From contig CBDCJV010000002.1 in assembly GCA_965217895.1 (NCBI GenBank), forward strand, positions 4,064,001 through 4,128,000: DNA of 64,000 bases, given 5' to 3'. Every line of letters begins with the position of its first letter. Position 1 is the stretch's first letter. The position numbers were made by a program, and so were the translations under genes. Source of the DNA: Waterburya sp. Its GTDB lineage: Bacteria; Cyanobacteriota; Cyanobacteriia; Cyanobacteriales; Xenococcaceae. Below the pieces are notes generated by a model, which saw only the letters and a program-made list of their open reading frames with translations, made no database searches and was not told the DNA's origin. Positions 40,316-48,974 of this stretch are shown one piece after another.

Positions 40316-41251
40316 TTAAGCATCGAAATCTATCATGTTCTTGCTGTCTTGAATGTATTGCCTTGGAGTAACACAAACAAGCCGCTTGAAGTGCGATCCA
40401 AAGTGGCTTTGACTCGCAAATCCAGTTTCAGCAGCGACTTTCTCGATCAGCCACTCTTTTCTCAGCAGCCGTTTTGCCTGCAAAATTCGCACTTGAATTT
40501 GATAAGCGTGCGGTGGCAGTCCAAACGTTTTGCGAAACTCTCGATTGAGATGAAAGGAACTCAAGCTTGCAACCCGTGCTAATTGCTCTAACGAGATTTC
40601 TCGATCATAATTTTCTTCTATATATGCCCGAACGCGACCGACAGGCTGACGTTCTTCCCCTAACTTGGCAAGACAAGGTGAATTTTTAGCACAGCGTAGA
40701 ATCAATTTGGCTAACAAATCTAGTATTAATGTCTGTTGTTCGAGTTGAGAACTAGATTGTGATAAAACTTGATGAACTCGAACGATTTGCTTATTCAGGT
40801 CGCGGTCATGGACTAGAGGCATCGGAAAAAATGGCAGATCCGTTTTGCGCCCTGCAACTTCTGTTGCAACTTGTTGAAGCAAATCTGTACCTATCCGTAG
40901 CCCTCGAAAAACACGGTCTCGATCGCTTTTAGACTCAGCATAATGTGCTTCTCCAGGTTGTATTACTACCAGGGTATCTGATGGAACGCTATGTATCACA
41001 CCTCGGTAATTAAACCGCCAGCCGTCACCCTGCCTGATGCCAAGCTCCAGTTCTTCATGGAAATGGCGCGGCAATGAATGGCTTTTAGAAACACCATGCA
41101 CTAACTCGATCGATTGCAAGTGCTGAGGTCGCCAAACTTTAGTGCGTGATAGATTTACTTTTGGCGATCGCTGGGTCTGCGCTCCCCAAAGCTTGTCAGC
41201 GGGTACTTTTACTTCCCCAAGGCTGTCGGCTTCAACTCGAAAATCAGTCAT
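40316..41251 (-). CDS. AraC-family regulator whose first 29 codons derive from fumC
   Basis: PRHFHEE ligand-binding domain and double HTH (SLEQLA..LSSFHL.R.F..GLPPH.Y; GFASQSHF..FKR). The N-terminus [29 protein letters not shown] matches FumC. Confidence 0.9.
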   Translation of the reverse strand: MTDFRVEADSLGEVKVPADKLWGAQTQRSPKVNLSRTKVWRPQHLQSIELVHGVSKSHSLPRHFHEELELGIRQGDGWRFNYRGVIHSVPSDTLVVIQPGEAHYAESKSDRDRVFRGLRIGTDLLQQVATEVAGRKTDLPFFPMPLVHDRDLNKQIVRVHQVLSQSSSQLEQQTLILDLLAKLILRCAKNSPCLAKLGEERQPVGRVRAYIEENYDREISLEQLARVASLSSFHLNREFRKTFGLPPHAYQIQVRILQAKRLLRKEWLIEKVAAETGFASQSHFGSHFKRLVCVTPRQYIQDSKNMIDFDA

Positions 41252-41317
41252 AATTACTTTATCAGTTAATATAGGTATTTTTTGTTTCTTCTTTGAGCTG
41301 TAATAGTTTGTTTGTCT

Positions 41318-41494
41318 AATTAGCCGTTAGGGCGATCGCAGCGGGTAAAACTACAATCATCATCTTTGGTCGAGCAGAACCAGATTGTAGTCACCAGGAA
41401 CTGTAAAATAGTGTTCTAACCCAACGGTTTCGAGAAGTTCGGTAAGATAAGTGCCGATATTATGTTGAATACTCGGATTGTTTGGTTTATTCAT
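41318..41494 (-). pseudogene. pdc: Pyruvate / alpha-keto acid decarboxylase remnant
   Basis: MNKPNNPSIQHNIGTYLTELLETVGLEHYFTVPGDYNLVLLDQR* (ATG 41494, TGA 41360-41362) matches the PDC N-terminal motif G.YL...L...G..H.F.V.GDYNL.LLD. A shifted frame then reads DDCS, as near PDC C-termini. Confidence 0.8.
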
Positions 41495-41495
41495 A

Positions 41496-41644
41496 TTAAG
41501 AATCTAACGATCAGAAAAATTACAATCGAGATCTCTGTGCAATAAAGAAATGCTTAAATATTATTGATGAATCATTAATAATGAGCTTAAACCAAATAGA
41601 GCGGGCATTTCTTCCATTTTCTTGCCCAGACTTGCCTAATCTTG
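41496..41644 (-). promoter_or_regulatory. Duplicated promoter region, copy B (upstream of the pdc remnant)
   Basis: Colinear with 33027-33160. Confidence 0.65.
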
Positions 41645-41662
41645 CGCTACCAGACAGACAAA

Positions 41663-41866
41663 ATGAAATTTGAAACGGAAAGATTGAGGATTAGGGAAAT
41701 CCTGGACAGTGATTTTGATGGTTTTTACGATCTTCATAGAAATAAAAATGTAATGGGTATGATTCCAACAAAAACCTTAGATTTTGAGCAAACCCAGCAA
41801 GAATTTCAAAAAATTATTCGAGAAACTGAAATAGGTGACTTCCGAACCAGTTTTACCACCAATTAA
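41663..41866 (+). pseudogene. Truncated RimJ/RimL-type GNAT N-terminus
   Basis: MKFETERLRIREILDSDFDGFYDLH...V start, terminating after about 67 codons. Confidence 0.6.
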
Positions 41867-41973
41867 CCTACTACCAATCGCAGCACCAGCTACACCGCCA
41901 CTTACCGCGCCAAATCCTGTTTTTATGGCGTTATGCTTCTGTTGCTGAGTAAATTCTTGTTTTCTTCGTTCAT
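41835..41973 (-). pseudogene. Glycine-zipper protein remnant (frameshifted and truncated)
   Basis: ATG 41973 MNEE, then a frameshift to QEFTQQQKHNAIKTGFGAVSGGVAGAAIGSRLIGGKTG. Runs into the GNAT remnant. Confidence 0.55.
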
Positions 41974-41990
41974 CTTAGGCTATTTTCTCT

Positions 41991-42113
41991 TACTTTTTAC
42001 TGTCTTGGTGCGCGTTCCCAAGCCAGTCCGTTAGGCGGGTTTCCCGACTTAAAACAAAGGACTTGTCCGCATGTACTGCTGAATCCTTCAGGGGGTCGCA
42101 CTGCTTTTTACTT
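41991..42113 (-). repeat. Short dispersed repeat element, copy 1
   Basis: Reverse complement GTAAAAAGCAGTGCGACCCC...GGGAACGCGCACCAAGACAGTAAAAAGTA shares both ends with 46679-46799. Confidence 0.75.
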
Positions 42114-42119
42114 CTTACT

Positions 42120-43721
42120 TCATACTTCCCCCAACCCAGCAAACTCAGGCACTCCCATCCGTTCTTTTAAATGCTCTGCTACTCTAATGGCATTGGCAAT
42201 AATAGTTAAAGTGGGATTTACGCCAGAATGGGAAGGAAAGAAACTACCATCAACTACATATAGATTGTCTACATCATGAGTACGGCAGTTGAGGTCTAAA
42301 ACAGAAGTTTGAGGATCTACGCCAAAGCGACAAGTACCGCACTGATGAGCTACCGCAGACAGTGGTAAATAGTTGCGGGGATAGATGCCAAAGGGAATAA
42401 CGTGCTTGGTGCTGCGATCGACTGCTTTCAGAATTGAAGTCCAGCGATAAATCAATCGATCTCTGGCTTCGGTATTGTTGGGCGTATAGTCTAAATGCAG
42501 CTTACCATTTATCCACTGCACGCGATTATTAGGAACGGGTAAATCTTCGGTTTGCAACCACCAGCCTGTAGTATGCTTTGCCATTACTTCTAATGCATTT
42601 TCTGGTGTCAACTTAACGTAAGGAGCAAGAAGTGGTGGCGAATCGGCAGGCATCATACCTGCTTTGACGTTGCCCGTATTCTGTACCATACCCATAGGAT
42701 AGGGAAAATCAGGTTCACCCCAGTAATAATCATTTAAACCAATAGTTTTTTGATGTACCGACTCGTTCGGCTCATCTTGCAGAGATACCATTGCTGTTGC
42801 CAAGTGTTTCATAAAGTTACGTCCTACTTGGTCGGAACTATTGGCTATTCCGTGGGGATGGGAATCGTTAGCCGAACGGAGTAATAAGGCAGCAGAGTTA
42901 ATTGCACCGCAGGAAACGACTACCAAATCGGCAGAAAATAAATGTTTTTGCTCGCCGATTTCGGTTTCTACTGCCGTAATTTCCTGTCCAGACTCGCTCG
43001 TATGTAACTTGACTACTTTAGCTCCTGTCATTAAGGTTAAATTAGAATAAGCCTGGGCTGGACGCACACAGTTAACATCAGCATCTCCTTTAGCGTGAAC
43101 CAAACAAGGAAAACCATCGCAGGTATCACAACGAATACATTCAGATAAAGTTTTATCTACTTCATTAAGTTTAATTGCTACTGGTAAATGAAAAGGATAA
43201 AATCCCAACTGACTCAGTTTGTCTACTATCCTCTGCATAAAAGGTTCTTGACTGACTGGAGGATAGGGATAGTCTCTTTCTGCTGGCGGTTCGGTGGGGT
43301 CTTCTTTCCTTTTGCCGTGAACGTTGAAAAGTTTTTCAGCTTTGGTATAGTAAGGAGCAAAATCTTGAAACTTAAGGGGCCAAGCTGGAGAAATACCGCC
43401 TTTATGCTGTACCTGTTCAAAATCGCGCTCTCTTAAAGGTAACAGTGCTGCGCCATAAACTTTAGTATTGCCACCTACCCAATAGCAAGTTTGGGGTTTA
43501 AAGGTTTTCCCTTCTTTGTTGCACCACTCCTCATCGGTAAAGTAGCGTTGTTTTTGATAGACTTCGGTAGGATTCCAATTATCTTTTTCACGGGGTAAAA
43601 ACTCGCCTCGCTCTAGTAGCAAGATTTTTTTTCCAGTAGGGGCGAGTTCGTGAGCGACAGTACCTCCTCCTGCGCCCGTACCGATAATAATGATGTCGTA
43701 GTGTCGATCTTTAACGCTCAT
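42120..43721 (-). CDS. GMC-family FAD oxidoreductase
   Basis: IIGTGAGGG, VGGNTKVYGA, CIRCDTCDGFPC, AHQCGTCRFG, NLYVVDGSFFP..VNPTLTI. Confidence 0.92.
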   Translation of the reverse strand: MSVKDRHYDIIIIGTGAGGGTVAHELAPTGKKILLLERGEFLPREKDNWNPTEVYQKQRYFTDEEWCNKEGKTFKPQTCYWVGGNTKVYGAALLPLRERDFEQVQHKGGISPAWPLKFQDFAPYYTKAEKLFNVHGKRKEDPTEPPAERDYPYPPVSQEPFMQRIVDKLSQLGFYPFHLPVAIKLNEVDKTLSECIRCDTCDGFPCLVHAKGDADVNCVRPAQAYSNLTLMTGAKVVKLHTSESGQEITAVETEIGEQKHLFSADLVVVSCGAINSAALLLRSANDSHPHGIANSSDQVGRNFMKHLATAMVSLQDEPNESVHQKTIGLNDYYWGEPDFPYPMGMVQNTGNVKAGMMPADSPPLLAPYVKLTPENALEVMAKHTTGWWLQTEDLPVPNNRVQWINGKLHLDYTPNNTEARDRLIYRWTSILKAVDRSTKHVIPFGIYPRNYLPLSAVAHQCGTCRFGVDPQTSVLDLNCRTHDVDNLYVVDGSFFPSHSGVNPTLTIIANAIRVAEHLKERMGVPEFAGLGEV

Positions 43722-43785
43722 TTTTAATCTTTGTCAAATTAGTTTGCTTATTGTTGGGCTGAATATAAATTTCTTTTAGAGATTG

Positions 43786-43890
43786 CTAGGAGGTCGAACT
43801 ACGAATTAATACTCGAATCACTAATAAGGCAACAGACAGTAATAAGGCATCAATCAAATAGGTTTCCATTAGCCAGTAAATCCATCTCAT
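43786..43890 (-). CDS. Small single-TM protein (34 aa; not in ORF track)
   Basis: MRWIYWLMETYLIDALLLSVALLVIRVLIRSSTS* with an AAGGA RBS, 64 bp upstream of the GMC gene. Confidence 0.5.
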   Translation of the reverse strand: MRWIYWLMETYLIDALLLSVALLVIRVLIRSSTS

Positions 43891-44228
43891 TGCTAATTTC
43901 CTTGTTTTTATTTAAAGATGATTTACTTATTACCTTAAAGCGATCGCATCTCAAAGTTGTGTCATTGCTATTACATTTGGTGAAATTGTTATTTATTAAA
44001 GTTATAGCAGTTCTCATTTAAATGAGGTAAGTTAATAACCTTGGTTTTTGTTAATCGTTAATTGTTAATCAGGTGTACCCTTATTACCTATTACCTCGGC
44101 TTCATAGATTGAGAGCGTGCGTAACATCAGTTCTTTAAAAAGTTTGTTGGTTTCTCTTTCTGGTCGAATAGTCGAATAGTATTGTATCTTGAGTTTTGGG
44201 ACAAGATCTGGAAATATCTGTAGGAAAG

Positions 44229-45629
44229 ATGACAAACAACTATCGCACCGAAGAAGACTCTATGGGGTCAAAGGAAATACCCTCTAACGTATATTATGGT
44301 ATTCAGACTTTAAGAGCTACAGAGAATTTTCCGATTAGCGGTATCAAACCTTTGGCAACTTATGTAGATGCCTGTATCCTGATTAAAAAAGCTACAGCGA
44401 TCGCCAATGGAGAATTAGGCTGTATAGACTCAGAAATTAGTCAGGCAATTGTCAAAGCTGCGGATGAAATTCTAGAGGGAAGTCTGCGAGATCAGTTTGT
44501 GGTCGATGTCTATCAAGCTGGGGCAGGAACATCTCATCACATGAACGTGAACGAGGTTTTGGCTAATCGAGCTTTAGAGATATTAGGAGATGAAAAAGGT
44601 AACTATAAGAAAGTTAGTCCTAACGATCACGTTAATTATGGTCAGTCTACCAATGATGTAATTCCTACGGCGATAAGGGTAGGAGCATTGTTAGCTTTAG
44701 ATAAAACTCTTTATCCTGCTTTAGATAGTGCGATCGCCTCAGTTGAGCAAAAGGCGATAGAATTCCAAGATATTGTTAAATCTGGTCGCACCCATATGCA
44801 GGATGCTGTACCTGTGCGTTTAGGGGCAGGATTTCAAGCCTGGGGACAAATTTTACAAGACCATAAGGGCAGAATTGAAGCTGCTGCTGGCGATCTTTAC
44901 AGTTTAGGTTTAGGCGGTAGTGCTACAGGCACAGGACTAAATACCCATCCCCAATATCGTCATCGTGCAGCCGAATTGCTAGGAGAATTTATTGACAAAC
45001 CGCTACAGCCTGCCCCGCACCTAATGGCAGCTATGCAAAGCATGAGTCCTTTTGTAAACGTCTCAGGGAGCTTACGTAACCTAGCACAAGATTTAGTCAA
45101 GATTTCCCATGATTTGCGTCTGCTGGATTCAGGTCCACAAACAGGATTTAAAGAAATTCAGTTACCCGCAGTGCAGCCAGGCTCATCAATTATGCCAGGA
45201 AAATATAACCCTGTAATGGCGGAAATGACCTCAATGGTATGTTTTCAAGTGATGGGCTACGATACGGCGATCGCTTTTGCAGCACAGGCAGGACAGTTAG
45301 AATTAAACGTGATGATGCCTCTGATCGCCTATGATTTAATTCACAGCATCGAAATCTTAGGCAATACTATTGATAGCTTGAGTAAGCGTTGTTTGCTAGG
45401 CATTACTGCCCGTCGCGATCGCTGTTTGGCCTATGCTGAAGGTAGTTTAGCTTTAGTTACGGCTCTTAATACTCATATTGGTTATCTAAAAGCAGCAGAT
45501 GTAGCCAAGAAGTCTTTAGCTACTGGAAAATCTATTAGAGCGATCGTTTTAGAAGCAGGTTTAATGGACGAAAATCAATTAGCAGCAGTCTTAGATTTAG
45601 GTAAAATGAGTAATTTGCCCGAATCTTGA
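44229..45629 (+). CDS. aspA: Aspartate ammonia-lyase (fumarase/aspartase superfamily)
   Basis: [55 protein letters not shown]. Confidence 0.8.
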   Translation: MTNNYRTEEDSMGSKEIPSNVYYGIQTLRATENFPISGIKPLATYVDACILIKKATAIANGELGCIDSEISQAIVKAADEILEGSLRDQFVVDVYQAGAGTSHHMNVNEVLANRALEILGDEKGNYKKVSPNDHVNYGQSTNDVIPTAIRVGALLALDKTLYPALDSAIASVEQKAIEFQDIVKSGRTHMQDAVPVRLGAGFQAWGQILQDHKGRIEAAAGDLYSLGLGGSATGTGLNTHPQYRHRAAELLGEFIDKPLQPAPHLMAAMQSMSPFVNVSGSLRNLAQDLVKISHDLRLLDSGPQTGFKEIQLPAVQPGSSIMPGKYNPVMAEMTSMVCFQVMGYDTAIAFAAQAGQLELNVMMPLIAYDLIHSIEILGNTIDSLSKRCLLGITARRDRCLAYAEGSLALVTALNTHIGYLKAADVAKKSLATGKSIRAIVLEAGLMDENQLAAVLDLGKMSNLPES

Positions 45630-45871
45630 CAACACTTTAAAATAAAATTTATCTAGCACTATTCAACAAAGTAAGTAGCAAGTAGTAAGTAGCAAGTAGG
45701 AAATAAAATCTTGCTTATTCGGTTTTATATTTAATTCTGCCTACTTACTTATAGTTGCTATATTAATTGAGTCCTATTGCCTAAAGTTTATGAATATCGG
45801 TTTTTGGTTAATAGTTTCTATTACTCGTGCTTCAATTTTTAATTAGTTACAGCTATACAAATTATAAAATA

Positions 45872-46090
45872 ATGTCAAAATCGACTATTTGGGTAAACGA
45901 ACAGATCGATCCAGGTGGGCTAATCCATGCTTGTATTGCCTGTCAAAATAAAGATGCAGCAGAAAATTGTCATCAAAATTGGCAAAATGATCTGACTGAA
46001 GAACAAAAGCAAAACGGCTGGATTGCTAGTCTGCGTACAGTTGATTCTTGGGATGATGTTCCTGTAAATGCTTTGAAATTGAGCTTTTAG
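45872..46090 (+). CDS. Small conserved cyanobacterial protein
   Basis: TIWVNEQIDP.G.I.ACIAC...GW.A.LRTV.SWDDVPVNALKL. Confidence 0.75.
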   Translation: MSKSTIWVNEQIDPGGLIHACIACQNKDAAENCHQNWQNDLTEEQKQNGWIASLRTVDSWDDVPVNALKLSF

Positions 46091-46188
46091 TATAGGGCGT
46101 GTCATTAATTTTTCTATCTTGTTATAGATTGCGCGATCGCCTGTTGTTTTGAGAGAATGATTCTAATCACTTTATCAGCTCCAATAAA

Positions 46189-46623
46189 TTGCCTCAAACT
46201 TCTTTTGCGCCGCTAGATTGGCTACATATTTCATTACGCTTAGGTGTTGCTTTACTAGTAGGTGCAATTATTGGTTTGGAAAGAGAAACTAAAAGTAAAC
46301 CAGCAGGATTAAGAACAAATATGTTGGTTAGTTTTGGCTCGGCATTGATGGTACTTGTTCCCATTCAGATAGGTGCAGCAGAGCAAAATTTAGATGTTTT
46401 AGGCAGAGCTATCTCAGGCGTAATTAGTGGTGTTGGCTTTATTGGTGGAGGAACTATTTTACGAGAGTCTAAAGTTAAAGGTTTAACTTCGGCGGCGGCA
46501 ATTTGGGTTTCGGCTGCTCTTGGTATTACTGTAGGCTGTGGCTTGTGGCTTCTAGGATTGATAGGAGCTTTAATTACCTGGATAATTCTCCGACTATTTG
46601 ATGAGTGGGAAAAATATATTTAG
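46189..46623 (+). CDS. MgtC/SapB family membrane protein
   Basis: IGLERE...AGLRT, SGVGFIGGG.I, GLTSAAAIW. Confidence 0.92.
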   Translation: MPQTSFAPLDWLHISLRLGVALLVGAIIGLERETKSKPAGLRTNMLVSFGSALMVLVPIQIGAAEQNLDVLGRAISGVISGVGFIGGGTILRESKVKGLTSAAAIWVSAALGITVGCGLWLLGLIGALITWIILRLFDEWEKYI

Positions 46624-46678
46624 TATCTGATGTTATGCACTCATCGATCCGTGAGGCTTGGGGACTTTGGGAAGTAAA

Positions 46679-46799
46679 AAGTAAAAAGCGGTGCGACCCC
46701 GCGTCGCCGTCAGGCGCGCCCTCGGCAGTCACTCTATGAGGGAAACCCTCAAGACCGTGCTGCCTCGCAAGGGAACGCGCACCAAGACAGTAAAAAGTA
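46679..46799 (+). repeat. Short dispersed repeat element, copy 2, with a nested GGAAACC-hairpin element
   Basis: Same ends as 41991-42113. The inner part GCCCTCGGCA..GAGGGAAACCCTC..TGCCTCGCAA resembles 52963-53016. Confidence 0.75.
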
Positions 46800-46997
46800 A
46801 GAAGTAACACTGCTCCTCGTCACCTCGTCACAGCAGTTATAGTCATTCCAATTAATTTCCTTATGGTAGTTTTGTATTGATTGTTAGGTTGAATATTATT
46901 TGCTACTTGCTACTTTTTTCAGAGATAATCTGGTTGCTATTTAAAATGACTATAGATTAAATGCGCCCCAGGTCAGTTATCAAATTAAGTTTTCGCC

Positions 46998-47017
46998 TAT
47001 GTCTGAAATCGTACAGA
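46998..47017. promoter_or_regulatory. CRP/FNR-type box TATGTCTGAAATCGTACAGA
   Basis: TGT-N10-ACA spacing, 19/20 identical to 49812-49831. Confidence 0.6.
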
Positions 47018-47103
47018 GACGATAGGAAAAACCAACCAGAATTGAAGTTAGTAGGTTATCGACTATTACCGAGCGAGATGTTAATATAGCTACTAAAAAG
47101 CTT

Positions 47104-47487
47104 TTGCTTATTGACGATAATGAAGACAACAGAATATTAGTTAAGTTGGCTTTAGAGATGAATCCAGACTGGGAAGTTTTAACGGCGATCGATGGCATAG
47201 AAGGCATAACTAAGGCAGAATCGATACGTCCCGATGTGATTCTTTTAGATTTAATCATGCCAGGCTTAGACGGACTAACTGTCTATGAAATTTTAAAGTC
47301 TAATTTATTTACCTGTTCGATTCCGATCGTTTTTATGACAGCTTTGACCCAAGAAAAGATGCTTTCTCAATTAAAAACTACTTTAGCTGAAGGAATAATT
47401 ATTAAGCCTTTTGATGTTATTAATCTAGATTCCCAAATAGCCAAGATTTGTGACTGGGAATTAGTTAGCCAGTCAAAGATTACTTAG
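47104..47487 (+). CDS. Single-domain CheY-like response regulator; start uncertain
   Basis: LLIDDNED, PDVILLDLIMPGLDG, FMTA, IKPFD. Confidence 0.88.
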   Translation: MLIDDNEDNRILVKLALEMNPDWEVLTAIDGIEGITKAESIRPDVILLDLIMPGLDGLTVYEILKSNLFTCSIPIVFMTALTQEKMLSQLKTTLAEGIIIKPFDVINLDSQIAKICDWELVSQSKIT

Positions 47488-47520
47488 AAAAGCCTGAAAA
47501 GTAAGCTTTATTTTTTTTGC

Positions 47521-47551
47521 GATCGTAACTCAACGAAGTTGAGTTACGATC
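47521..47551. terminator. 14 bp perfect hairpin after the response regulator
   Basis: GATCGTAACTCAAC-GAA-GTTGAGTTACGATC followed by TTT. Confidence 0.5.
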
Positions 47552-47652
47552 TTTATGCTTATAAAATTTGGCGACATAGGAATTTAAACTTGTTTTCCTT
47601 TTTGTGCCGTTAGCTTTTTTAGCAGCAGCACAATTAATAAAGAGGTTTTCCT

Positions 47653-48351
47653 TTGTCTCAAGACCATTCGCATTCAGCTAATCGTCTTCTGGCTGCCTTG
47701 CCAGAAATTGAATACCAGCGTCTAAAGCCTTACTTAACTTCTGCTTCTCTGACTTTGGGAACTGTTTTATACGAAGCTTCAGAAAAGATCGAAACTGTTT
47801 ACTTCCCCAATACCGCGTTGATTTCTGTGGTTAACATTCTCAGCGACGGTCTGACTACTGAAATTGGTATAATCGGCGGGACGGGAATTGTTGGTCTTCC
47901 AGTTATTCTCAGCAATGGTTATAGTGCCAACCGTGCCATAGTTCAAGTACCAGATCATGCTCTGAAGATTTCTGCTATCGTTTTAAAAAGGGAGTTTGAC
48001 CGAGGAGAAGAGTTGCAAAGGGTGTTGCTTAACTACACCCAGACTAGACTAAATGAGACTGCCCAAATAGCAGTTTGTAACCGTCATCATACAATAGAAG
48101 AGCGTCTGGCTCGTTGGCTGCTGACGGTTCAGGATTTAACTCAATCTAATGAATTGCCTCTGACTCAGGAATTTATTAGTAGTATGCTAGGGGTTCGTCG
48201 TTCGGGCGTAACCATAGCCGCAGGTATTCTTCAATCAGCAGGATTGATTCGTTATGCTCGTGGCAAAATTACTATTTTAACTCGGTCTGCTTTAGAAAAT
48301 TCTGCTTGCGAATGCTATGGGCTGTTTCGTGATAACTTCTATCGGGATTAA
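47653..48351 (+). CDS. Crp/Fnr-family transcriptional regulator
   Basis: NRLLAALP..EY, VYFP, CNRHHTIEERLARWLL, LTQEFISSMLGVRRSGVT HTH, LENSACECY. Confidence 0.92.
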   Translation: MSQDHSHSANRLLAALPEIEYQRLKPYLTSASLTLGTVLYEASEKIETVYFPNTALISVVNILSDGLTTEIGIIGGTGIVGLPVILSNGYSANRAIVQVPDHALKISAIVLKREFDRGEELQRVLLNYTQTRLNETAQIAVCNRHHTIEERLARWLLTVQDLTQSNELPLTQEFISSMLGVRRSGVTIAAGILQSAGLIRYARGKITILTRSALENSACECYGLFRDNFYRD

Positions 48352-48974
48352 GTTTGTTGTTTAATTTCATGAGCAGTATTATTGTTGATTGATTTTTGGT
48401 TCATTGAGGAATAAGAAACTATACTAAAAAATAAGATAGTTCCCGATATTAAAGCTGTACCTATGGCTAAATTTTTTGAATATTTGTAGTTAGCTATTTT
48501 CTGCCATAAACTCTGAGAGCGGAAGTTTTTATGGGATGGGATATTATCATGGTGTGAGTTTTGCTCTTTTCTTGCAAGCAATCTATAAATACGTTCTGGG
48601 GTAAAGCCACCAATTCTTTCTTCTTGTACGGCTTCCAGCCTTTCTTTTAAAACAATTATATTTTTGAGCTTAGATTCAAAAGTAGTTAGGTAAACAAATA
48701 TTCCTTCCAAATCATCCACTAAGAAATCTAATTTAGAATCTGTTTCTTTAATTGGCGATGGCAAAACAGAATTCTGTGAATCAGAGAAGTTTGTTTGAGA
48801 TGATTGTAGTTTTAAAAACTCCAATTGTTGCTTTAAACTATCTAGTTCGGTAGGAAGTGCGCTTAACTTATGTTTGCTTTTATCAATCTCTTCTATTAAA
48901 GGAATGTACATTTCAACAATAGAAATCAAATTGGTTATTTGACATTGAAGATTTTGGTGACTAATTTTTTTCAT
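48348..48974 (-). CDS. Hypothetical coiled-coil protein with a C-terminal TM
   Basis: 208 aa ORF with heptad-rich segments and LAIGTALISGTILFFSIV. Confidence 0.6.
   Translation of the reverse strand: MKKISHQNLQCQITNLISIVEMYIPLIEEIDKSKHKLSALPTELDSLKQQLEFLKLQSSQTNFSDSQNSVLPSPIKETDSKLDFLVDDLEGIFVYLTTFESKLKNIIVLKERLEAVQEERIGGFTPERIYRLLARKEQNSHHDNIPSHKNFRSQSLWQKIANYKYSKNLAIGTALISGTILFFSIVSYSSMNQKSINNNTAHEIKQQT

Noticed and set aside
46574..46810. 78 aa ORF
   Set aside because: It is the translation of the nested dispersed repeat.
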